From: Negaprion brevirostris
Lineage: Eukaryota
DNA: 64,000 bases
NCBI GenBank assembly: GCA_030324005.1
Contig: JARDVH010000084.1
Location: 95,652,876 to 95,716,875 of the forward strand
Reading direction: 5' to 3'
Part shown: positions 1 through 10,528 of the stretch, in pieces
Layout: each line of letters begins with the position of its first letter
Position numbering within the stretch: position 1 is the stretch's first letter
Position numbers and translations under genes: made by a program
The notes under the pieces: model-generated
The model's input: the letters and a program-made list of their open reading frames with translations, nothing else
Databases searched by the model: none
Told to the model about the DNA's origin: nothing

Positions 1-482
1 CTAGAAAGAGTGCAGAAAAGATTTACTAGGATGCTATCGGGACTTGATGGATTGAGTTATAAGGAGAGGCTGGATAGGCTGGGACTTTTTTCTCTGGAAT
101 GTAGGGAGCTGAGGGGTGATCTTTTAGAGGCCAATATAATGAGGGGTACATATCAGCTAGATCGTCAATATCTTTTCCCAAAGGTAGGGGAGTTTAAAAC
201 TAGAGGGCATAGGTTTAAAGTGGAAGGAGAGAGATACAAAAGTGTCCAGAGGGGCAATTTTTTCACAAAGAGTGTGGTGAGTGTCTGGACCAAGATGCCA
301 AAGGTAGTGGTAGAGGCAGGTACAATTTTGTCTTTTTAAAGCATTTAGACAGTTATATGGGTATGCAGGGATATGGGCCAAATGCAGGCAATTGGGATTA
401 GTTTAGGGGTTTTAAAAAAGATAGGGTGGCATGGATAAGTTGGGCTGAATGACCTGTTTCCATGCCGTAAACCTCTATGACT
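1..482 (+). mobile_element. CR1-clade LINE 3' end
   Basis: QKRFTRML.GL..LSYKERLDRLGLFSLE..LRGDL..TRGH..NFFT..VVSVW is the CR1 ORF2 C-terminus, followed by a 3' UTR. Confidence 0.9.
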
Positions 483-769
483 CAATGTGAGAGATAAGTC
501 ACCAATACTCCCATGCTATATGACTGAAGTGTTAATGATTCCCAGTATATTTACAACGCAATTTCTACACATAGCGGATTAATCTCTCCTTGACAGTTTA
601 ACTATACATCCACTATATTTATCTCTTCTCAAGAATGCCTCACCTCAATAGCCAATGTTAACCTGAAGTCATCTGGAATCCCATGGGTTAGATGCAGTGT
701 CAGTTTTAAACCCTGCCAGACATTGTTCTCCACTGAACAGTGCAGGATAAGATAGATCCACCAGAATAA

Positions 770-1650
770 TTCTGGACTTAGATGGTTAAAGTATGTGGAT
801 TTGTTATATCAACTTGGATTGTATTCCTGTGAGTGTAGAAGAATAAAGATAGACTGACCTCATTGAGGTGATTAAGAAAATCGAATGAATTGACAAGGCA
901 GATAAAGAGAAATTAATTCCTCTGGTGGGGAGTTCAGAAGAAACCTTAAAATCAGACCTGGGTCATTCACTGGTGATGTTGGGAAGCACTTCACACAAAA
1001 GATAGCGGACATCTGGAACTCATTTCCCCCAAAAACCGGTTGCAGCTGGGTGGTCAATTGGAAGTTTCAAAGATAGGATTAATAGATTTGTTAGCCAGGG
1101 GTATTATTACTTTATAATGCAGAGGAGGTTGAGGGGAGACTTAAGTGAGGTATGGTAAACATGGAAAGCCTAGATAAAGCAAATAGGAAGATCCGAGTCA
1201 GGATTTGTCAATCTCATCCATACCTGCCGCCATTGCCATCAAGAACTCCATACACTGTGCAGCACTCTGAAAAATCTCAGCCATGAACAGAGACCTTGTA
1301 CGCCGAAAACTAGGTTTTCGGCGAACATTAGGAACAATGTCAAGAACCAGGGGCGTGGATTTAAAACAATTGGCAGCAGGATTGGAGGGGAGATGAAGAA
1401 AAGGGTGGTAAAGGCAAAAACCATCATTGCATTTAGAAGGTGCTCGGATATGTACCTTCAGACTACAGATCAAAAACTGGAAAGTGAAGTTAAGGTGAAT
1501 AGCTCCTTTGGTCTGTGTATTACGACCATAAGTTTTCTATGTTTGAAAGCAGGTAGGGGGAATCTAAGATACAGGTCTGTTGTGATCTATATAAATGGTA
1601 GAGCAGGCTTGAAGGGGTGAATTGAATGGCCTTCTCCTGTTCGTATGTTC
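770..1650. mobile_element. Cluster of decayed CR1/LINE fragments
   Basis: Degenerate CR1 3' motifs (e.g. gatgttgggaagcacttcacacaaaag, gaatggccttctcctgttc). Confidence 0.6.
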
Positions 1651-2289
1651 CAAAGTCCTTTCTTTATACCAAAGGATTATGTTCTNNNNNNNNNNGGTTA
1701 CTTACATGAAAGCATTCTGCCACGTATCTTTAATAATGGGGAGAAAGAGAGTTATCATTAGGACTAGTGATATTATAATAACCAAGTAAGTTATTAGGAT
1801 TTATGCCAATATTTGAGGGATCATGTCCCCATAACTTTGTAAAAAACTCTACAAATCTTTTGTTTGTGCGTTACTTACATTAAAACCACCAGTCAGGTTA
1901 CAATAATAGACTGTGTTATGTGCACAATGTTTCGCCACAAATCTCTACCTACTGCACAGTCACAAGAATCTGCTCGACAGGAAAAATAATGGTCCACAAT
2001 CATTGAATAATGCAGCAAGAAGATTATTCAGCCATCGCCTCTCTTTGAAAGTGCTGACCCACTCCCTTCCCCTTTACTCACACAAATTTGTGCTGTATAT
2101 AGTTAATAGTGTTTGGAAGATACTCTTGAATCTGCTTTTGTCATCCTTTCAGGCAGGGCATTCTAGATCCGAACAATTTACTGTGGTTGAAAATGAAATC
2201 TCGTCAATTCCCCTCTGTTTCTTTTGCCAATTACCTTAAATCTGTGTCCTCTGGTCAGTAACCTCCTAACAATATTTTACCAGGTTGTC

Positions 2290-2852
2290 CTAAGGTTCTG
2301 ATAGGTCAGCCGGAAACCTTACTGTGCACAACTTTGGACTTCTTACCTAAGGAAGGATATATTTGTCTTAGAAGGGGTGCAGCAAAGGTTCACTAGATTG
2401 ATTTCTGGATAAACGTGTTGTCTGATGATGAGGAGCAGACCTATATTGTCTGGAGTTTGGAAGAATGAGTGGTGATTTCATTGAAATGTTGAAAACATTT
2501 GAGGCAGGTTCTGAGAGGCTGTTTTTCTCCTAGCTAGAGACTTTGGAACTATTAATCATAGTCTGAAGAAAAGGTGTCAGCCATTTAGGGCTGAGGTGAG
2601 GAGAGATTCCTTCACTCAGAGGGTTTCTGTATCTTTGGAATTCTTTATCCTAGTGGGTTGAGGATGTTCAGTCACAGAGTATAGTATTCAAAGCTGAGAT
2701 TGATAGGTTTTTGGACACTGAGGAATTTAAAGGTTATGAAGATCGGTCAGGAGAATGGAATTGATTTAGGGGATCAGCTGCAATTTTATTAATGGTGGAA
2801 CACACCTTGAGGGGCTGATTGGCCCACTCCTAAGGCAATTTCTTATGTTCTT
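2290..2852 (+). mobile_element. Decayed CR1 LINE 3' fragment
   Basis: ttacctaaggaaggatata...aggttcactagattg...ttcactcagaggg...cttatgttctt tail. Confidence 0.8.
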
Positions 2853-3247
2853 AAAAAAGGACCATTTATCATACTGCTGTTGGTCGGATCATTCTGAACA
2901 CTGACCAGTTACCACGTTGCAATAGAAATCACATGTCAAAAGTACATTTTTCGTTGTGACAGGTGCCATAAAAACGTGAGTCCTGTCTTTCTTGTGCATC
3001 CTTTCATACAACTGGCATCACTGGGTGAGATGAGTTGGGGAAATAGGGCGAGAACTTCATGAACATCCTTAATGTTCCTTTTTTTCTGCATGTAACTCAG
3101 GCTATTTTCCAGTAACTCACTCCAGGTTAAAATTCCCCTGCAATCACATTTAAACTTAAGCTTACCCTTAACTCTGCCATCCAACTCATCAAAATCTCAT
3201 CCGTCCATTACCCTCTGTGCTCACGGACCTCCATTAGCTCCTGGTTA

Positions 3248-3530
3248 ACAAAGAACAAAGAACAACCCAGCACGGGAAACAGGCCCTTTGGCCCAATGAG
3301 CCCGCGCCGCCGCATCCTCCTACACCTACCCTGCCCTGCGTGTATGCGAGTGGAACCCCTAACTTAGCCAGATTCAGGGGAGAATAGTGTCAATTTGGTA
3401 CACCAATCAGCCTAAGAGCACATCTTTGGGGTGTGGGAGGAAACCCACGCAACCACAGGGAGAATGCGCAAACTCCCACAGACACAGGCCCAAATCCATG
3501 TATCTGCACAGCTAGCAGTGCTAGTCACTG
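3248..3530 (-). mobile_element. Degenerate HE1/V-SINE-like element
   Basis: V-domain-like ggaggaaacccacgca..cagggagaatgcgcaaactcc plus (acaaaga)n tail. Confidence 0.6.
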
Positions 3531-4004
3531 AGCTGTTGGTTCTAGTCCATAAGTTCACACTTCCCGTCTCCGTAATCTGCAGCCCTATGTGGCCCCCAAC
3601 TTTCTTTGCCTCATGTGGTTGGCTTTTATCTCTGAAATACTGGCCTTAAACCTCATTGCCTTGCTACCTTTCCCCTCCTTTAACTCACTCTTCATAATCC
3701 ATCTCTTTAATCTAAGTTTTGGTCACCTGTCTTAGTATCTCCTTCTTTGGTTTTGTTTTTGGTTTTTCACCCATTACAGTGCTGTAAAGTGCTTTGAAGC
3801 ATTTTGCCACCACCACCTTCTCATCTGTCACCTTTTCAACAGCAATTAGGAATGAGCAACAAATGGTACCCTAGCCAGTGAGAGTCCTTTGCTGTGAAAG
3901 AAAATAAAGGCACTTTCACAATGAAAGCTGTTGTTTACTAGAATTTGAGCCTATGGCCTTCTCTCTTCATTTTCATTCATTTATGAGAATATGGTCGGAA
4001 CTAC

Positions 4005-4720
4005 TGCCAGAATATTGTCAGAGCCCATGGCCTGTACAGTATCCAATGCCTTCAGTCGTTTCTTGATATCACATGAAGTGAATCAAAATTGGCTAATGAC
4101 TGGCATCTGTGATGTTGGGGGCCACCGAAGGAGGCTGAGATGGATCATCCACTCGGCACTTCTGACTGAAGATTGTTGCGAGTACTTCTGGCTTATCTTT
4201 TGCACAGATATGCTGGGCTGTTCCATCATTCAGGATGGGGATATTTGTGGAGCTTCCTCCTCCTCCAGCGAGTTGTTTAATTGTCAACCACTATTCACAG
4301 TTGAATGTAATCGGACTACTGAGATTGGATCTGATCCACTGTTTGAGAACTAACTTAGCTTATTACTTGCTGCTTTTGCTGTTTGGCACACAATTAATCC
4401 TACGTTGCAACTTCACCAGATTGATGCCTCATTTTTAAATATATCTGGTGTTGCTTCTGGCATGTCCTCCTACACTCTTCATCGAACTCTGATTAATTGG
4501 TGTTAATATTGATGGATATACTGGGCCATGAGATTACAGACGTTACGTACAATTCTGCTGCAGATAATGGCCCACAGCACTGAATGGATGCCCAGTCTTG
4601 AGTTAATAGATTTGTTCAAAGTCTATCCTGTGTAGCATGGTGCTAGTGCCACACAACACAATGAGGATATTCTCAATATGAAGATGGGACTTTTGATTCC
4701 ACAAGGATTATGCAGTGGTA
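4005..4720 (-). mobile_element. Non-LTR retrotransposon ORF2 fragment (shark CR1/L2-like family)
   Basis: TIKQLAGGGGSSTNIPILNDGTAQHICAKDKPEVLATIFSQKCRVDD, typical of the pre-RT region of LINE ORF2. Confidence 0.7.
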
Positions 4721-6299
4721 GGTGTTTGGGATTTGGGCAGTAGGCACAAGTGGATATCATAATCCTACTCTTTTTGAATTCATGTACAATGTTGCGACAC
4801 CTTCTAAGCAGAGCCATCTCTGCACTCTCCCTTCTCCTGGCTACTGAAAAGGTTGCCAGGTTGATTTTTGATGCTTTNNNNNNNNNNCAAGTAAGTACCC
4901 AATATAGTGATTTAAAATGATCTTCCTTTTAGAGTGCCAAAGCTGACTCAGTGATAGCATTGTAGTTTTGGAAGATTCATGACTCACTCCAGAAATTTAG
5001 TAGAAAATCTAGGTTCATTCTCCCAATGTTATCGTGAGGCAAGCTGCAGTGCAATGTCAGAGGCAGAGCTTTTCGAATGTGACAATAAACCAAGGCTTGT
5101 CCTGGTAAAGGTAAAAGATCCATTGGCAGTATATCAAAGAATAGGGAGTTCTTTCACCTGAGCGTCTTGTACAACATTTATACCTCAAGCAACTTCATTA
5201 TGAGTAGATTATGTGGTCACTGGTATTTGTGGGATTTTTCCATGCACGAATTGTATGCAACATTTTCCAACACTGAAACAGTACCTTGTATCTTGAGATG
5301 CTATATCAAAAGTGCTTCCTTGACTGTAAAATGCACATTGGGATGCCATGAAGAATTTTTCCACTAAGTTGCATGGTTGTGTGCATGCAGGCCTTACACT
5401 CTAATTAATAAAGTGTGTGCTCAGTTGTGGAAAACACAATTAAGGGGCTGTGCACGGGGAAAAAAGAACAGGCCATTCAGAGTTGCTAGATTCTAAAGGG
5501 AGCATTGAAGCTGAGGTTTCAACAGATGTAAATCTTCATAAATCCAGTGTCTGTTTTGCCACATAATGTATTGAAACAAGAAGTCGAACGTTATTTTAGT
5601 ATGTAAATTAGCATTAAGGTTAACTTAAAAAGTAAAATCCTCTTTTGCATCTCCAATACACTTTTCCTGAAAGATACAGAGAGTTGTGCTGTAATAAGTA
5701 GGCTAAATAACTCCAGGAAGTCTTTTGTGTTCAACAGTGCAACTTATTCTGTGAATAAAGCACAATGCTCTCCATGGTCATGAGTGTTCCCACTGTGGTG
5801 ATTTACCACATGTACACCCTGTTCCACACTGAGCTTGGAAATCCAGCTCTGACAGGGTTGTTGTTGATATCTTTGCCTGTAGGTGCATGCTTCCCCTATT
5901 CTGAAAAAGGGTGGTAGAAATCTGGAATGCTTGCTCCGAAAAGTTTGCAGTTTGATTGTAAATTTCAACATTGAGACGATAGATTTTATTACAGTAAGGA
6001 CATAATGGAATATGGATCCAATGTGGATAAATGGTGCAATACTGATCAACCATGTTCCAAATGAATGATGGAGAAGGCTCCAGGGGCTCATTGGCTTATT
6101 CTTGTTCCTTTAATTATCGCACAGCATGATTATCAGCTACAGAGTATGTTTGTTTGATGTTTGTGATCGGGAATGAGACTTTCTGACAACCCTGAGACAA
6201 TGCATGAACCTGTGAAAGAACTAACCTCCACTCTGTTAGGGAGGCCGTTTTCTTTTCTGCTGAATGAAGATCCTGTTGTTCCTTTGTGTACGCATATGA

Positions 6300-6700
6300 A
6301 GGAGGAAGCTCTAGGATTTTGATATAGCACAAGTGAAGGAACAGCGATATATTTCCAAGTCAGGATGATGGAGGACAACTTCCAGGTGGTCGTGTTCCCA
6401 TGTGTCTGTTGCCCTGATCCTTCTAGATGTAGCTGATATGTGTTTGGAAGGTGCTGTCTAAGGAGACTTGGTGAGTTCCTGCAGTGAATCTTGTAGATTG
6501 TATACACTGCTGCTACCATGCATTGGTGATGGAGGGAGTGAATGTTTGTGGATGAAATGCCAATCAAGTGGGCTGCTTTGTCTTGGATGGTGTTCAGCTC
6601 CTTGAACGTTGTTGGACCAGCCCCATCCATACCAAGTGGAGACTATTCTAGCACACTCTACAACACTTGTGCCTAGTAGATTGGGGACAGGCTTTGGGGT
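6300..6700 (-). mobile_element. LINE 3' fragment (same family at 39440-39915 and 56350-56935)
   Basis: LNTIQDKAAHLIG...IHSLHHQCMVAAVYTIYKIHC peptide is repeated at three loci in the window. Confidence 0.8.
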
Positions 6701-7269
6701 TAGCTTGCATGCACTGTTGGCAGCAGTCAGGCAGTTACAGTTAGGCTCAGAGCATTGGACTGAGAAGGGACCACAAATTTAAAACATGGGCTGGCCCTCT
6801 CACCTGCCTCTGACTATTGTATGAGGGCACAGATTGCCACCCTACTATGGCCAATTAGTCTGCTGACATCTGATTGTCAAAGGCCTGAACATGAAAACTT
6901 GAAGAATGGCCACTTGGGTAAGGCTGTGGGAAGTAGTCAAACCCCTCTCGCAATGAATCAATGCTACCAGGGAAGGATGAAAACAGCATGACAAATGACC
7001 AGGAAAACAAAAACAAAAAAGATGAAACGGAGAGGCTGAACAAATTGTTATCCCTCTTGGGACAAATCAAGATGTTGAGTGACCAGGACTACAGTGGCCA
7101 GTAATACAAAAGGAAAATGCCTTGTAAAGTATGTTGCACCACCTGTCAGTAACACTGTCATCATTTGACCAAAAAACGCAGAGGCTAAAGCCAGCCATGT
7201 TAGTAACAAGTTATTGAACAGCTGGTAACTAAAACTTCACATTCAGTGCTGTACTTTCAAAAGGTCAAG

Positions 7270-7590
7270 TGAACAAATTCTATTTCAGGGACTCAAGCAC
7301 AAAATCAAGGCTGACGTTTCAGTAAAGGGTTGAGGGAGCGCTGCACCAGTCAGAAATGCTAAACCCATGACATTACCTGATGAGCAGAGTTGAGCCCAAT
7401 ATTTATCTTTCAAAAACATCAATAGATTAGCTCACCATTAATGCACTGCAATCTGTGGGAGCTTGCTGTATGCAAACTGGCTGCTGCATTATCTACATTA
7501 CAATAGTGACCACACTTCAAAATGTACACTGTATCATAAAGTTTTGGGATACTCAGAGGGATCATATATAAATGTAAATCTCTTTCTTCA
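7270..7590 (+). mobile_element. Deu-domain SINE (SacSINE1/AmnSINE-like)
   Basis: ccaatatttatc...gtgggagcttgctgtatgcaaactggctgctgca...cacttcaaaa...tatataaatgtaa. Confidence 0.65.
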
Positions 7591-8099
7591 TTACAAGACA
7601 AATAAAACAAACTATGATCAGCATCATCCCCACCCCCGATTAGCTGCACCAATCACCCTCCACACCCACAATTTTGTGCACCATTCACTCCTCCTCCTTT
7701 ATCTGCTCCATCCCTTGGTTATCAGCACTGTTTCCCTCTGTGCTCCTAAACTTACTGCACCATTCCAATCCTCCAATTATCTACATCATTGGAAAACATT
7801 TAGAGATTCAGAGAAATGCTAGAAATCATGGTTTCATTTTGCATAAACCCACTAAATCTAGTTCAGCAATTTCCATAGATTCTGAAAGCTCAGCCAGGAG
7901 CTTGACTTGTTTTGTACATGGAAGGTACCTGGTAGAATTTACTATCCATTCAACTCCCATAGCAGACCACCTGCAATTTGGGCTTCACATTTAGAAGACA
8001 AACAGATGTTGGGGCTATGGTTTCAAGTGACGGCAAAAATCAAGTCTTCACCTTCTCACCAGCCGAAGTTGGTGTTTCAGCTCATGGTAACATCAGTAA

Positions 8100-8560
8100 C
8101 CTGGGCTTCTGGTTCAGGAGACCAACAGGTTTATGAGCTATGGGTCCTGGGGGCTGACAGATACGAGGTCTTTAGTCCTGGATACCAACAGGTGTCAAGC
8201 CTTGAAAGCCAATAGGGATCAGAGTTTTGAGTCTGAGAGTCTTTCAGCAGGTAGGGCTTCTGTTTTGAGACCAGAAGGTGTGGGCTTCTAAGTTCATACT
8301 GACATCTTCACGGGTTACTGGTTACAATTTTGGTTTGAGCAACCAGCAAGCATTATGCTTTCATTGTGAGACCAGCAGAAGTTGAGCTTCGAGTTTGAGA
8401 CCAGGAGAAATTGGACTTCTAATTTGAGACCAGTAGGAGTTAAGCTTCTAGTTTGAGAAAGGAGTTGGGATTACCAGCAGGAATGGGTTTCCATATTTGA
8501 GCCCAGTGAAAGTTGAACTTCTAGCTTAAGTAGTGAGTTTCCAGTTTGGAGTTGGACTTT
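8100..8560 (+). repeat. Degenerate ~29-bp minisatellite
   Basis: Recurrent unit cttc(t/g)agtttgagaccag(c/g/t)ag(g/a)agttg. Confidence 0.75.
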
Positions 8561-8754
8561 CAAGGACACTTCAAAATGCAAAGTCTTTGACCCTACTGAT
8601 CGCAGTGAGGAAAACTGATCAGGCAAACAGGAGTTAGAATCTGAATGAAATTATCCTTTGGGAAACAAACTTACATTAAAACAAAGTAATCAGCCAAGAC
8701 TTCTTCACCAGTTATTTTACCAGAGATGTTTTCGTTTCATACATGCTGTCAACT

Positions 8755-9370
8755 GTGCCTAGGTCAGTGGAGCTCTTGTCTCTGATTCAGAAGGTTGTTA
8801 TTCAAGTCCAATCCAAGAGGTTTGAGCACAAGTAATACAGCCTGTTGCTCCCAGTGCAGTACCAAAAGAGTTTTGTACTGTCAGAGGAACTGTCTTTCAG
8901 ATGTGAAGTTCAACCAAGGTTCCGCTTGCTCCCTCAGGTGGACATCAAAGATCCTGCAGCACCATTTCAAAGTGAACAGGGGAGATCTCTCTGATGTCTT
9001 GACCAATATTTATTTCTCAATAAGCAGCACTGAAAAAGCAGATTGCCTGGTTGTTATCAAGTTACTGTTGGTGGGAATTTGGCCTTTTGCCCAAGGTCAG
9101 GGTGCAATGCCTTTTCTTGTCAACTTGGATCGATCATATAAATGTCTCTTGTGGGAACCGTGAATTGAATTCAATTCAATTTGAATTTGGTTTTTGGAGT
9201 AAGCAAGAAGGTAAATTTGGACTACTCTGCACAACGGCTTTGTATCTTTTATAATGGTGTTGTGCACAAACAGGCTGTTGTGTTTTCTACGTTACGGCAG
9301 GGACTACATTTCAAAAGCCACCAAGACCTTTGAGACTTCCTGCCGTGAAAGATGCTATATAAAAAGCATT
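8755..9370 (+). mobile_element. Deu-domain SINE (SacSINE1-like), interrupted
   Basis: tRNA-like head (ttcaagtcc), ctcaggtggac..aaagatcc, ccaatatttat; related copies near 5.0-5.35, 33.0-33.4, 33.8-34.05, 40.1-40.4 and 41.8-42.2 kb. Confidence 0.7.
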
Positions 9371-9934
9371 TTTTAAAGAAATATAAGAAAGAAATTACAA
9401 ATGAATCTGTTACGCACCGGCGTACTCGAATGCCGCAGAATGATCTCAGGTTGTCAGATTAGGTGTAACGTTGTCCATCGGTTAGCCATCAATTCACCAA
9501 GTGAGCTCTGATTTGTTCCTTTATGGCAGATATTTGAGATTACGTGCAAATTACTTCAAGAGCATGACTGGCACTAGAGAAATTGATGCAAGCACCTTNN
9601 NNNNNNNNNNNNNNNNNNNNNNNNNNNNNNNNNNNNNNNNNNNNNNNNNNNNNNNNNNNNNNNNNNNNNNNNNNNNNNNNNNNNNNNNNNNNNNNNNNAG
9701 CACCTTGAGGTGAAGGGAATGGAAGGGGTGGGGAGTGCACATGCCAGCATACACTTCCTTGCTGGTGAACTGGAGCCACACTTCAAGATCTGCAGCGACC
9801 GCCCGCTATCCAAGATAACACCAAATGCATGCATTTGCCAGGAATGAAATTAACAACCTTACGAATGAAGGTTTCAGTCGAACCCACTCTCCATGTAACC
9901 AGAGATATATGTGTACTGTACATTTTTTGTTATA

Positions 9935-9940
9935 TTTATT
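9935..9940 (-). promoter_or_regulatory. Candidate polyadenylation signal of SYNGAP1 3' UTR
   Basis: AATAAA on the minus strand about 420 nt after the stop, in AT-rich non-repeat sequence. Confidence 0.35.
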
Positions 9941-10357
9941 TATATATTATATATATTTATATCTCAAACTTTTTCCTTTTCTTTCTCATACAATAGGCCA
10001 TTTAAACATGGCACACAAGTAGAAAAGTGCAATGAAAAATATACCACTTTTAAGTGCATCAAGATCTGGGCATTATCCACAGCCATGAGAATTGGGAGTG
10101 TTCGTGCATGAATGATGAGAGGATATAAAATAATTGTTAAAAGCTATAATCGGTTTTCATTCCATTGGTTTGCTAGTTCCATCACATCACAGGCCTGCGC
10201 TTGAGGGGGAAGAAATGGGGAGAGGGAGCAGGAAGGGGAGAGGCAGAGAGATGAAGTGAAGGAGTGGCGGGAGATGATTTACACCCGGCTTTGCTTTCAC
10301 CGCAGTCCCCCCTGCCCCCTATTCCCCCAAAATCCCGCCGCCTCCTCTCCCCTCGCG

Positions 10358-10528
10358 TCAGTGGCCACTGGCGTTACGGAATTCGCCATTCTCCGTGATC
10401 TGTAGGCGCGGCGGAGGGTGCGACGACATCATGCCATTCAGCTGGGTCTCGCTGCACCGGTCTTTCATGTGAGTCAGGGTGCTCATCAGCCGGGAGTTGG
10501 TTGCCCCCATCGTTGAGAGCTGCCTCTC
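10358..10528 (-). CDS. SYNGAP1: SYNGAP1 terminal coding exon, alpha2-type frame
   Basis: ttttgtttag|GAGAGGCAG; ERQLSTMGATNSRLMSTLTHMKDRCSETQLNGMMSSHPPPRLQITENGEFRNASGH*; ERQL and PPPRLQITENGEFRN match SynGAP alpha2. Confidence 0.95.
   Translation of the reverse strand, partial: ERQLSTMGATNSRLMSTLTHMKDRCSETQLNGMMSSHPPPRLQITENGEFRNASGH

Noticed and set aside
2948-2981. + strand gacag|13 nt|gtgagt microexon-like pattern
   Set aside because: No partner exons, not frame-preserving, expected by chance
5744-5880. Minus-strand acceptor followed by short open frames
   Set aside because: No recognisable protein; flanked by a CR1 remnant
7373-7387. Minus-strand CTGCTCATCAGGTAA encodes LLIR*, identical to the mammalian gamma tail
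   Set aside because: Lies downstream of the terminal exon, has no AG acceptor before it, and sits within a Deu-SINE remnant; coincidence
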